Positions 13,481 to 25,720 of a stretch of 64,000 nt of DNA are shown here, one piece after another (positions within the stretch are counted from its first letter, which is position 1; each line of letters begins with the position of its first letter). The notes beneath the pieces were generated by a model, which made no database searches, was not told where the DNA came from, and was given only the letters and a program-made list of their open reading frames with translations. Source of the stretch: Epiperipatus broadwayi (Eukaryota > Animalia > Onychophora); contig JAQFVV010000011.1 in assembly GCA_028023455.1 (NCBI GenBank), positions 4,340,001 to 4,404,000 of the forward strand, in the 5' to 3' direction. The position numbers and the translations under genes are program-made.

Positions 13481-14779
13481 AATGTAAATCTATATTTTTA
13501 GCATATCTGATTTATTTTTAGAAATGCGATTTTTTTTTTTTTTACTCCTCGTCATGTAGTTTCATTTGTTCAAATCTTTTGCTGAACAAATTAATCGATT
13601 ATCAAAAAATTGAATATGTAATTGTACTGTGAATATATAAAATGGATTGATTAAATTCATAATCAAAAAAAAAAAACTTTATTATAAATTTGAATTTTGG
13701 CAACATATCCAATTTCAAGTTTTTCATTTTTTTTTTTTTTTGCTCTGTCGTTGACTGTTGCAAAAGCTTCATCTTGATAGTATTCTTTTAAAAAATCCAA
13801 ACTTCTTTCAAAGGATTATTATGTGCTAATAAATTTAATTTAGGAGATTCCATAATTTTCAATATATTTATTTTTGATAAAATATACAATCAGGCTGCAA
13901 ACAAATTTGAAACAAGATAACTGTTGCTATTGATTGTGTTTCATATTTCATTTGATTTTCTTGGTTTTCATTTCAAAAAATGTTGACTTAACCCAAAATA
14001 AATGTATTTGAGTTGGAATCACAAAAGCATTATAATGGAATTCTACTTTAAGTTAGGTAGGCAAATTGGTTTCCAAGTAACTTTAAAATGCTATTTTAAA
14101 ATATTCTGTTAGTTAATTGGAAATAAATGTGTTGGATAATCTCCCAAAGCAGATGCTGAACACCTGGGAGGGCAGGGGACTTGCAAAATTTGGCTTTACT
14201 TTTCATATGCTTCCTACTATGTCTTATCTTGAATCGGAATTGGTTGCCAGATAACACTTAAATAGTTGTACCCAATATAGATCTTAATGAGAAATATTTA
14301 CCACAAAATGCTCAAGAATTTCAAATCCCATTACTCTTTTATGATCCAAATCTTAAAATATGCATCATTTGTGCCACTTTGATCTGGGGTAAAATCTCTT
14401 ATTGGATATTATTTACTGATTTTTTGTTTTTATTCATAAATTGGCCGTGTAAGTTGATTTTAGATATTATTATTAAATAATGAACTTTATTCTCTTTTGA
14501 CTTTGATATACTGGTACATAAATGATTTGCAGTTTGAACAAATTTTATCAATAACTCAAATTTTTTTTTTAAATGTCTGTTATTTAGATAATAAGTTTTA
14601 TTCCTTTGAATTTTCATATCACTAATGATTGAGATATCAGAAATGTTAATATAATAATGATTTATTTCAGTATTTCTTGCAATCTATTTTATTTGGATAG
14701 TTATGACGTTGCTAAGCATCATCTGTCATAACTCCTTTCACAAAATACTACTTTCCAAATGATATTGCAAGGATCATTT

Positions 14780-14904
14780 GTTTTCAAATTTGAATGTAAT
14801 TTAAATAGAAAAAACGGTTTAGCTGTGAGGAAGGAAAGTGGAGAGAAAAGATTAAAGAAGATTAAAGTTCTGAGGAAGATTTCAGGGGCAATCGAAACTT
14901 AACT
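14780..14904 (+). mobile_element. Possible Penelope 3' end followed by a hammerhead-like motif
   Basis: Translation CNLNRKNGLAV resembles the PLE terminal LNRDxG motif. It is followed by AGTT-CTGAGGA-A-GATT tcaggggc AATC-GAAA-C-TT-AACT (14866-14904). Confidence 0.4.
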
Positions 14905-15029
14905 GTCAAGAAATGATTGTATGAGCATTGGTTTAATAATAAAGGAATTAAATATGTAAAAAGAAGATTGTTTTCAAATTTTATAATAAATGTGCACAAA
15001 CTGAAGTTCCTGTTAACAATTCAGGTATT

Positions 15030-15197
15030 GCCAATAAACGTCACATGATCACCATTTCTTATACTTGCTCAAAACTGTTATTAAAACAGGCAAAACTCTC
15101 TATATGTATTGCCACTCAGTGAAAGCCAGAGTAATCAATGGATGGCAGAAGGCTTGATGGTGATGAGTGGCAATACGTATAGAGTTTCGCCTGTTTT
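15030..15197. mobile_element. Family A fold-back fragment (no HHR)
   Basis: Arms at about 15083-15120 and 15163-15197. 12-bp TSD AATTCAGGTATT (15018-15029, 15198-15209). Confidence 0.8.
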
Positions 15198-17212
15198 AAT
15201 TCAGGTATTATGTTTTGAGAATAATCTTTGGATTTAAAATAAATTAATCAGGACCACGTAATAGTCTTTTTTAGACAATCCTTATGAGTATACGGAAGGT
15301 AAAAATGTCGATCTTTATTGTTTGCTGGAAAATCAAATTCTTTACTTGTATACTTTTCTCTCCAAAATTTATTCCCAATTTATGATATTCACCCATTCAG
15401 AAAGCTTCAATTATTGTTGACAATAAAAGTTTGAAATGTTTTCTGATGCTTTAGCTACACTAAAAGTAGAAGAAAAACTTGCCAAACTAAATCATCTTTA
15501 TTGGTGTCTATTAGTGTTGATTCATATTTAATTACAGTAGGATTATAATTCCAATCTTAGTCTTTTTATTTGGTGATTCATTGTTAACACCGGATGTAAT
15601 TGAGTTTAAATAATACAAATTGAATGATAGTTCATTAAAAAAAAAAATCAGTAAAGAATTTTTTTGCTTTTTACATTTTGTTTTTTAAATATCCAACCAA
15701 ATTTTTTTTATTGCTATTTTTTTATATATATATCTATAATAATTTATAATTAACTTACGAGAGAGTGCAAGTCTCTCAGTGCTTGTGATTATTAATAGCC
15801 AATCAGATCGTAAATACTGGGACAACGATTTAAAAGAAAAGAATAAGTGAGAGGTCGTAAGTTAATTTCAAATCATCTGCGCTTTGAAAATAAATAATTT
15901 ATAAGTAAATTGTGACACATAAATGTTATATTACTTACCCATGTGTTAATAAGAAATTGATTCAGATTTGAAACATTAGTAATCTATAATAGAAAATAAA
16001 AAAATTGCTACCTTATGTGTTCACACAAATCATTTGCCAGGATAGTGTAATTAAAGCTGCAGGCTCAGCAAACAACAGATCAGAACTATATATTTTGATT
16101 TAGTACACTGACAATTCATATATAATATTCATAAATTAACAAGTTATAATTTGTTTCAATATAAATAAATAAAAAAAATCATACAAATAAAAAAATTAGG
16201 AAATCTTTTATTGATCCATTGTTTTCATATCCGAGCATCTAGAGCAGTGTTTCCCAACCTGTGGTATGCGTACCACTGGTGGTACGCGAGTTGCTGGTTG
16301 GTGGTACACGAAAAATGATCAATAATGGTGGACATAAAAAAAAAATTAAATCATAAAAATATAGAAACGTTTTTTCCTATAATTCATAAAAATATTTTAA
16401 TTAATAATATTATACAGTAAAGTTGTTAATATGTACAGTCGATAACGATCTTTAATGTTAATGATAAAATTGAAAGTATGATTAAGAAATTAGATTTTTG
16501 GAAACAGTAATATATATATATATAAGTATCGAAAACAATCAACTGGAAGTATTCGAAACTCTACATATTTTTTTGTTTGAAAATAAGGTTAGTCTGGCTC
16601 AAGATATACAGAAAATATAATAGCACATTTAACAGGATTAAATTTGTCTTTCATGGAATATTTTCCAAAACCCGAAAACACAAATGATAATTGGATTTCA
16701 AACCCCTTATATGCAGAAAATTTAGAAAAAGCTACATCATTACCAATAAAGGATAAATAAAATTTAATAGAATTATCATGTGACAGAACTTTACAAGTAG
16801 AATTCAAACGACACAATCTGATTAATTTTTGGTTAAACATTAAAGAATATAAACAACTTTTTGAGAAAGCTCTTAAATTATTATTACCGTTTATTAGTAT
16901 GGAATTAGTAGGAATAGCTTTTTCTTCATATATTTTAAAAAAAAATAAGTATCGAAACAAATTGAATGCAGCTGTAGACTTAATACGTCGTCGCATCTTT
17001 TGAACCAAATTTCAAAAAATTATGTTGTTCGAAACAAGCACAAAGATCTCATTAAATTTATTTTATAAAAATATTTGATTATGATAAGAAAATATACTAA
17101 TTGTTTTTTTATAATTTTGTGTTTTTATTAAAACCATTTATTAGTAAACGAAATATGACAAAATAGTAGATAAATAATGTGTCGGATCAAGGCAAATTAA
17201 TCTAAATTATTT

Positions 17213-17573
17213 AATTTGAAAGAATGTATCAAAAAAGGATCATACCCAGAAATTAGACTCTCATTAATTCTTGATCATCTATTGTGGATTACTAGATGTA
17301 AGCTAGTATTTAATCATCAAAATTTTAATCCTATTAACTTCATGCTGAACAATATAAAGAAAACAAGAACAAGAGATATCCTGATAACCCCTGAGGTTAT
17401 TTTACCATGACTTGGGACATGCTGGATTTATCCTCTCCATGGCCCAACCAATAGCAAGATGCTCCGAAAAAGAGAAAACAGACTCAAATTCGGGAAAACC
17501 AAATGAAGGAGTGAAAAAACACTTTGAACAAAATGTGTACCAAATAACCTTTAATGTATAATGTAATCTTTAA
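17213..17573 (+). mobile_element. 3' fragment of a non-LTR retrotransposon nested in the Buster element
   Basis: Translation ...ILDHLLWITRCKLVFNHQ... resembles a LINE ORF2 C-terminus. Candidate 10-bp TSD TAAATTATTT (17203-17212, 17574-17583). Confidence 0.45.
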
Positions 17574-17661
17574 TAAATTATTTTGGAAAAAATAAGAAAC
17601 TTTGAACAAGCACAAACGTATAAATATGTTAAATTTCATTCCACTTCTTATTTGCATTGCT

Positions 17662-17903
17662 TAATTATATATACTATAATACACCATATGCTCCTTAAAT
17701 TACACTCTACAATGCAGTTTAACATATGATTTATTTTATTTCCTTCCTTACAGTTTCAACTGTCCAGCAGTCATCATCAGAGCTCTGATGATGACTGCTG
17801 GACAGTTGAAACTGTAAGAAAGGAAATAAAATAAATCATATGTTAAACTGCATTGTAGAGTGTAATTTAAGGAGTATATGGTGTATTATAGTATATATAA
17901 TTA
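17662..17903. repeat. 242-bp spacerless palindrome with a hammerhead core on each strand
   Basis: 121-bp arms with 2 mismatches, centred on AG|CT at 17782/17783. CTGATGA-T-GACTG ctgga CAGTT-GAAA-CTG-TA at 17785-17816 on +, mirrored on -. Confidence 0.95.
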
Positions 17904-18492
17904 TGTTACAGTGAGTTTATAATTTCAGTGAGTTTATAATCTGGTGTGACGTTTAGGCGTGTTTCAATGTAATTTGTCTCATTATGAGATGTGAATACAT
18001 ACATGGTCACCCTATAATATTTATAATGCAAATAAAATAACACCCTTGCAATAACAAATTTCATGAAATACAATCATTTTTATGAAGTGGTACAATTTAG
18101 CGTGATGTACTACTAAGTGGTACGTGAGCCAAAAAAGGTTGGGAAACACTGATCTAGAGCAATCACTATGATGATGAATATTTAAATAAATGTTTTTTTT
18201 TTGTATTTATATATATTATTGTACTATGATAGTGTTTTTTTAAACGTGTATTTAAAGTGTTACTTTACTCAAGTTAAATTATAACTCATGTTAAAATAAT
18301 GAAATCTGATGGTTATGAAAATTTAAAGGATCTTCATAATTTTCTTCAAAGTGAAGAAGCTGGATTAAAGAATATTTTATCTGTAGTTTTATACCTTGCA
18401 ACCAATTCGTATTTTTACTAACTGAAATCTTAAAACTGATAAATAAAAATTTTATATAAGTATTTTTTTTTTGAAAAAAATTGATTGCTTTT

Positions 18493-19045
18493 CTTAATAA
18501 TTTTTATTAGTCATTCATTAGACTAGAGATTATCCAATAATGAATATTTCTGTAGTGTAATTTTTACTATATCATTCTCACGCAAGGTATAGATTGGTTT
18601 CTATTCACTTTTAATATCTTGAGGAGGGATGTAATCATAAACATATGACTCAAGACACGTGAAAAAGATTTATGATCTTCAAGATGCACATTTCATGCTT
18701 AACCAGCACTCAAAAGTTGTCCCACAATTAAACTGTAGTAATTTGTTACCAATATATATATTGAACAATGATAAAGATATATGTAAGAAATGGTGGTCTG
18801 TGAGGGTAGCACCTTTAACATTAATTAAACTGTAGTAATTTGCTATCTATATAGACTGAACAAGAGATTGTGGTCAGGGACAACTAATGAGTGCTGGTTC
18901 CGCATGAAATGTGTATCTTTTTCACATCTTTGATCATATGTTTATGGATTACATCCCTCCACAAGGTGTTAAAAGTAGATAGAAAACAGTCCCCATCTTG
19001 TGTGAGTGGTGTAGTGAAAATTAAACTACAGAAATATTATTCATA
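18493..19045. mobile_element. Family B element with inverted arms, each holding a mutated hammerhead
   Basis: Left arm (-) core CTTTTGA at about 18680-18722, right arm (+) core CTAATGA at 18884-18890. Their consensus CTGATGA-GTGCT ggtta AGCAT-GAAA-TGTGCA-TC is an intact HHR. Confidence 0.75.
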
Positions 19046-19641
19046 GCTGTTTATTAATTGAAAATAAAACAGATGAAAGCATTTGTGATTCACTATTGAA
19101 AAAAAGAGGTCAATTTTTTTATGGTCTAATATTCTAAAAAGCAATTGAGACAGTTTCAATTTTTTCCATTAAATGGAATTTGGTAATATAATTGTATTTA
19201 TTATTTCCTTACAATTGCAAACCATAAATGCTGTTTTTGATAACAAAAGAATTTTTTTCTTTTGTAAAAATACAAATTACTATCATCCTTTCTGGATCAA
19301 ATTAATTTTATCACTTTTTAAAAAAAGTAATGTCAAAACAGCAACAATAGTCTTTTAAAGGGTTGCATGGATTTCAAAACAAATTTCATAAAAATTTGAT
19401 ATTCATTCTGTATTTTGGACTGTGAAGCATTTGAAAAGCAATATTTGTTTTCATTTTATGAATTTAGCCATTGATTTGTTCATATAAAATATTTTTCTTT
19501 GAATTGCAGCTAGTTCCTGACTTACATAATTAATGCATTGGACAATTTTGCTTTGAGTCTACATTATAAATATTTGTTTTTTTGGAATGTATTAAAGTGA
19601 TCTTCCTTTAAAGACCGTACCTTGTGTGTTCCTGTATTGAA

Positions 19642-19745
19642 TTTTTTTTTTTTCAGTGTCATTGCATTGGCCGGGACGCGAACCCGCAACCCGGGCAACT
19701 GCTCGTAAGGCAATCGTGCTAACCTCTCGACCACCAATGCAAGAC
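19642..19745 (-). mobile_element. Short tRNA-Gly-like SINE, copy 2 (best preserved)
   Basis: Minus strand GTCTT-GCATTGGTGGTCGAGAGGTTAGC...GGGTTCGCGTCCCGGCCAATGCA-ATGACACTG-polyA. Acceptor stem GCATTGG/CCAATGC matches tRNA-Gly(GCC), A and B boxes present. 10-bp TSD TATTGAATTT. Confidence 0.8.
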
Positions 19746-20398
19746 TATTGAATTTGTTTTTATAATGCATATTATTTGATTTTTCATGTTTCTAATAGTA
19801 TTTAAAATAATGGATGACTCATATTTAACAATTTTGTATTAATAAAGTTTATTGTGTTGCTAATGAATGAAACCCCTGGATTTGATAATATTCTAGTAGC
19901 AAAATCCATGCATTATGGTTTGACTTTTACTTCCAATGCTCAAACTTCTTTTAAACTCTAGAGCAATAAGCCGTTTGATTATTATAATGAAAAATCCCCC
20001 TCCCCCATTTCAAATTTGATATAATAAATATAATTAAATTGCTGTTAATGAATATTTTTCCCTTCTTTTTCATAATTTTATGTTATTATTCAAGTTTGAA
20101 AAGTATGATTGTATTTAGAATATTTTGCATGATTTCCGAAAACTGTCTCACATATTTGTTTTATACATACACATTTACATTTGTTAGGTTTACATAAGTA
20201 AAGAGCCAAGTTGTATAAAATTAATGCAGAATGTTTTCTGTACATTTATAAAATATAATTAATTTTATTAATGATTTGATTTCTCTATGTACATTGTTTA
20301 AATAAGGTGGATTTATGTTTTTAGATTTAATGATCTTTAATAAAAATGTAATTTTCTGCATCATTCTTTTAACTTTTGTGTAACAATTATATTCGCAG

Positions 20399-20524
20399 AC
20401 TCCAATTGTGCCTCAAGTTTCTCATGATGGAGATACTAAGAACTTTGATGATTATCCAGAAAACGATTGGAAAAAAGCTCAGCCTGTTGATGATGATGAT
20501 TATGAACTTTTTAAAGACTTCTAA
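20399..20524 (+). CDS. PRKX: PRKX/Pka-C3 terminal coding exon (AGC C-terminal tail)
   Basis: tcgcag|ACTCCA...TTCTAA. Encodes TPIVPQVSHDGDTKNFDDYPENDWKKAQPVDDDDYELFKDF*, with the NFD motif and a C-terminal FxxF hydrophobic motif. Confidence 0.95.
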   Translation, partial: TPIVPQVSHDGDTKNFDDYPENDWKKAQPVDDDDYELFKDF

Positions 20525-21064
20525 ATGAATTGTGCCTTACCATACATAAACATCCACTGAAAGCCTTTTTAATGCACTGTATGTAAACTAGACATATTTT
20601 TGGCTACTTTTACTGTAAATGAATGAAGAGATTAATTTATTCTAGCAGTATATGTTAGAAGTTTGCTTTTTTTTTAACAGAAAGAATGTATTTCTAACAG
20701 AACAAATGGAGTTTAATTTAGGAGTATGTAGTAAGCATATATATATATTTTTTTTTGTTTTGTAAAGAAAATGTTATAAAAAGGAAATGCCTTAAAATTT
20801 TTCTAGAGTTTATTCCAAAGATTTATATGCAATTGTGTGATATATATATTTTACTTATTAAAAAAAAAAACATATATTGGGCAGTTCCTAACTTGAGACC
20901 AAAGAACAAATAATTAATTTTATAAAACTTCAAAACTGTGCATTTTATCACATTTTATACCACATCAGAAAACTGTATTATGAAATTTATGCTGAAGAAA
21001 AAGAAAAAAAATTAAAAGAGAAAAATATATAGTGTCTGTTGTTATTTTTGTACTTAATGTGGTT

Positions 21065-21070
21065 AATAAA
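21065..21070 (+). promoter_or_regulatory. Candidate polyadenylation signal for PRKX
   Basis: AATAAA about 540 nt after the stop. AT-rich context makes chance hits likely. Confidence 0.3.
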
Positions 21071-21599
21071 ACATTTTTTAAAAATACCTATTAATAATCT
21101 TATAATTATGATTGTTTTAAAAAATCTCATTTGAAATTATTAGTATTTGATAAGATTTATTTATGAGTTAGTATCTTCAAAAATATACGTATATTTTTCA
21201 TTTTTTTATATCAACAAATTAGCTGTTAACTTTCTATAAATATGATCAAAAATTACAGTAAAATCTTAATCCATAGTTTTTCAAGGAATTAATAGACGAT
21301 AGTTCAGGAATTCATTAAAATACAACTTAAATTTTATAATATTACCTATTATTTGCAAAATGTGTGTATAAACATATAATTTTAATATTACAGTATTTAT
21401 ATATATTGCAGATTTATTTACATTTTAAGACAGTATTTACTAAAAAAAAATTTTATTCTTTATATTTGTTTTGTGTAAATTTTACATTGTAATTCAAATT
21501 GTGATCTATCTAGAATTAAAGCTTCCTATTATCACTGTTATCATAGGTGTCCATATTCGATACAATGTAGTTCTTGAAAAGTTTTTATTATAACATGAT

Positions 21600-22130
21600 A
21601 ATAGATTTAATTTTTATTTCCCAAATTCATCACCATCTCTGCTGCCCATCCATTTAAACCTCTTGCTTTTTCACTTCTTCCCTGCCTCATTCAATTCATT
21701 TTCTGTAAAATTAGTATTTCCATTACTATGCACTTTTGTTTGTTATCCCTCTGTCCTTCACATTTAAGTTAACATCTTTTCTAAATCCATTACATACTTA
21801 TTTAAGATTGTCTCTAATTCTTCCCTAGAACTACACTCTTTTTCCTCATCATTTAGTAATACTATTTCTCCCTCCCCTACATTTTTTCTTTTAATATATT
21901 TCCAAAATTTTTTACTCCCATCTTTTCCACTTTTATTAATGTCCTCCAATAATTTACTACTTAATTTCATTCTCATCTATTTTAGCCAACTTTTTTAAAA
22001 ATAGTTTTCACATTTAATATTAACATCTTTTTCACTTTGTTTGTTTTTAGTAGCACATTTATATTCTCTATATGCTTTGTTCCACTCTTTGACACTTTTA
22101 TCAATTCTCACTTTTCTATTAATGATAAAC
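21600..22130 (-). mobile_element. LINE ORF2 fragment (EN-RT linker)
   Basis: KKFWKYIKRK...FTENELNEAGKK*KS resembles the conserved linker preceding the LINE RT domain. Confidence 0.55.
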
Positions 22131-23229
22131 TCCATACAATAATGCACCCAGTACAAGTCTTAGTAAACAATGGAGACTCCTACTGTTTTTAACAAATATG
22201 CACAGAACAATCCAAAGAATATAAAAAATTTGCCAAACTGACAATAATCAATTTACATGTGTCTTAAATATATATTTTTAGTGTGAAAACTATTTTATCT
22301 TTGAAACTCAGATATATTCATAAACAAAGAATTTGTTACCATAATGTCATTGGCAATTTTTTAAAAAATCTAAACCAAATTAGTTTTTAAAATTTGTGAT
22401 TAATCTGATTAGCATTCCTAATGAGAATGAGTTAATAATTTTGTTTCATTTATTAAAAGATATTCCAGAAAACAAAACATCTGGATCATGGATGTCCCTT
22501 GATACTAAACTCGGCTTCGAAAGTTAAGAATAGATTATAATCTGAAACAGATTATCTCAACTTTATTACGATTTAAAATGCCTAATTAGCTAAAGACAGT
22601 AAGCATATATTATTTATTGTATAAAAGTGCAAATATTTGCAAAATTTAAGTATAAAATTGTATAAATTCAAAATGGGGAAATTTAAATGCTTATTTATAT
22701 AATTACCAATTATTCATTCAGTATGAGTTTTAAACAAGGTCAGTGCACTACTGGGTTTTCTAGACATAAATTGGGGCAATTAAAATAGAAATTAAAATCT
22801 AAGTGGCAGTAAAAGCAGGTAATTACAATGACATTATTGTATCGAATGAATACATATAATTGAGTTTGACTGCAAAGAGTAATTAGTATCTCAGGATTTA
22901 TTCTAGTGATTAAATTATTTTAGTTCATAGCTGCACACTTTAGAAGCATACTGCAAGCAAAATGAGATAAAATTATTACAAAAGTACTATGTAGACGAGA
23001 ATTTCCTCAAGCTAGCCCTTCCTGAGTAGCTATTATTTATAGCTTCAGATATTAGCTTCTAACTAATCCTGAACTGACATATGGTAAAGCAATTAAATAA
23101 GGAATGGCATATGAATTAGTATCGCAACAATTTCAAAAACTCCAATCTCATTAATGAAAGTCAGCTAACAACAATCTTCAAAAGATCCAAACAAAAATGA
23201 GCAACTGACTAAAGATGGTACAATCAAAT

Positions 23230-25720
23230 GAAGATAAGAACATTTATTACTGTTGCTATGAATTAGGTCACAATAAAAAATTGCAAGTGAAGAACAATAC
23301 TCCTGTCATAAGGCCAAAAGTCATCTGGCAGGGATCTACCACAAAATAGATAATTGAAGAAAAAAAGCACAACTTCCAATTGCAGAAACGTAGATAAATT
23401 TCCTCCAGAGTATTCAGTTAAAATCATAGGTTTATGCTAAAATGTGAAATATGTGGGAACTTTGACTCAGAACTTAACAGTCACAAGGGCGTATTAATGT
23501 TTAGACAAGATTGGGGTATCCTGACAACTCCCAAATTCTTATCAAAAAGGACTTAAGATAAAAACTAATATATTTAAACTGAAAGGATAAATCTTGCTAT
23601 TATATAATATAAATGAGAAGATGAATTTAATCATTTAAATATATAATGGTGATTATAGGGATTCATAAAAATATGGTAAATTTCTTTGAAACAAGAAGAC
23701 ATAATATAATTTATTCAAAGATAACATACTATGTAGGTGACAATTTTCATAAATACAGAAATAATTACAAGAATTGGTTGCTAAGGCCATTCTCACTTAA
23801 ACTGAGGCATTAGATTGGGTAGGTCAGGTTTACAGCAGTGATTACAATACCAAAAACATGTTAACCAAAGGGTCAATGCCAAATGCAATAGGAATTATAA
23901 TTCGTGAATGCCTCTATTTCATCAAAATTATATCTCAAAACTGCTTACATATATAAATTATAAGTGAAAGAAATTTCAGTGATAATAACAAATGCAATTA
24001 GATCAAATATCTTTCAAATTAAAATAAATGCACTCCTCCATAAGTTATGATTAATACTATATTTCAACATTTTCTTAACTGCATATTTGAAGAAAATAAG
24101 TTTGTGAAAAACTAGTGAAATTCAAGACAAAACTAAATCCAACAACTATCTATGACCTACACTTGAACTGAAATTTTTGGATCATATAATTTTACGCAGA
24201 GAAGTGTCCAGACCCTGAAAGCAACTGATAAAAAAATGCATTCAGATCAAAGCATATTAAACAACTCCAGTCTTTTCTCAGTTTTATTTTGAATTTTTTA
24301 AAGACCCAAGTCTATATATTCATACCATTTTACAATCTTTTTGTTTAGTTATTTGCTCTGGTTTTATTTTTTGTATGATTTTCATATAATATTGGTAAAT
24401 TGTAGTTCTAGTTAATAGAGTTAGTGAAATTTTTAACACTAGTAAAAAAAACTGACATGCATTTGGAAAAAATATTTCTGATAGTATTAACCTTTTTTGA
24501 ATAAAATTTTATATAATCATCCCCCCTCCCAACATCACATTTAATAATTATTTTTTAATTGAATATATTTTTTTTTGCACTTGGCATTGAAGACAAAAGG
24601 AACAAATATGAATTACATTTAATTTAAATTAATAATTGTTAAAAATTCATTAAAATTATATTTTTATTTTGTAAAATATATATATAATATAAACATTAAA
24701 AAAAATCATTTTTTTAGAACAAATATGATAATAAATTGTCTGAAGAGACAAACAAAAAACAAAATTTGCATTACATAACCGGATCAAATAAAAAATCTAA
24801 AGTGAAACTGATCAACTAATCATAAGGAAATATTTAAAAGAACCTAAGCTTTACTACCACCAGCCAATTAATTATTTTGACAATAGCTAAATAGTCAAGA
24901 GGTAAAGTTGATTACTAGGGCATCAGAATTGGGAGTAGGGTAAGTTATTTGTTACTTATGCTATAATGGTGAACTTCCTATAGTTTATGTAAGTCTACTA
25001 AAGACAATGAAGAACTATAGCTAATTTGATAAGGAGATGTTATTAGTATTAAAAATCTCCACTAATATTGTTTTGATTGCTATTTTCAAACAGTTGTTAA
25101 TCATAAACCTTTATTGGGGAGTTTTGGTTAGTACTTAACTAATACCAGACCATTGGATTCATTTATGTTAAAGCAGAAGAGCATTCTAGCATTATACAAT
25201 AATCAATATTTTATTAAGTATGCAAGCTCTTTATCAAGAAATAACAGGGAAGAAATCTATAATACTGAGATGGGATAAATTATATCAATATGTTAGTCCA
25301 AACCACTTAATAGAGTAAGAATAGTAATGTGGACTACAGCAACAAAAGCTATCATTAAATTGAGCCAGGAAGAGTTGGTCAGCTTCTTGTACCTCATTTC
25401 CTCTCAATGTCATTTTAGAAAAATAATTTTTTTTCCAATTACCATGATGGGGAATAATTTTTTTTCCGATTACTATGATGGGGAAAACGGTATTCATATC
25501 CAAAAGTAGAAAACGGGTCCTAGGATTATTTCGTAAACTGTATTCAGATAGTGTTCATGCTAAAGCATTGATATATCTGGTGGCTAATGTTATTCCTGAG
25601 AAGCATATCAAATCTGCCAGGCTACAACAAAAATGTCATCAAAATATTTAGTATCAATTAGCCCATGACAGAATTCATACGGATCATGCAGGACCATAAA
25701 AGGACAATTTTCCTAATATA
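23230..25720 (+). mobile_element. Highly decayed Ty3/Gypsy remnant (gag knuckles to integrase)
   Basis: Double Zn-knuckle-like relic at about 23245-23345, NHKPLLG (RNase H) at about 25100, YIWW..C..Q and DRIHTDHAGP (integrase) at about 25575-25700. Confidence 0.55.

Larger units (their letters stand above)
16245..18151 (+). mobile_element. Internally deleted hAT (Buster/Charlie) transposon with nested insertions
   Basis: TIRs CAGTGTTTCCCAACCT...AGGTTGGGAAACACTG and an 8-bp TSD ATCTAGAG (16237-16244, 18152-18159). Frameshifted transposase C-terminus at about 16570-17055 (LIELSCDRTL...FWLNIKEYKQLFEKALKLLLPF...FSS...KNKYRNKLN...KQAQRSH*). Confidence 0.93.

Noticed and set aside
19663-19740. Functional tRNA-Gly gene
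   Set aside because: Anticodon arm is altered and differs between copies, the T-arm has an insertion, and poly(A) tail plus TSD indicate retroposition.
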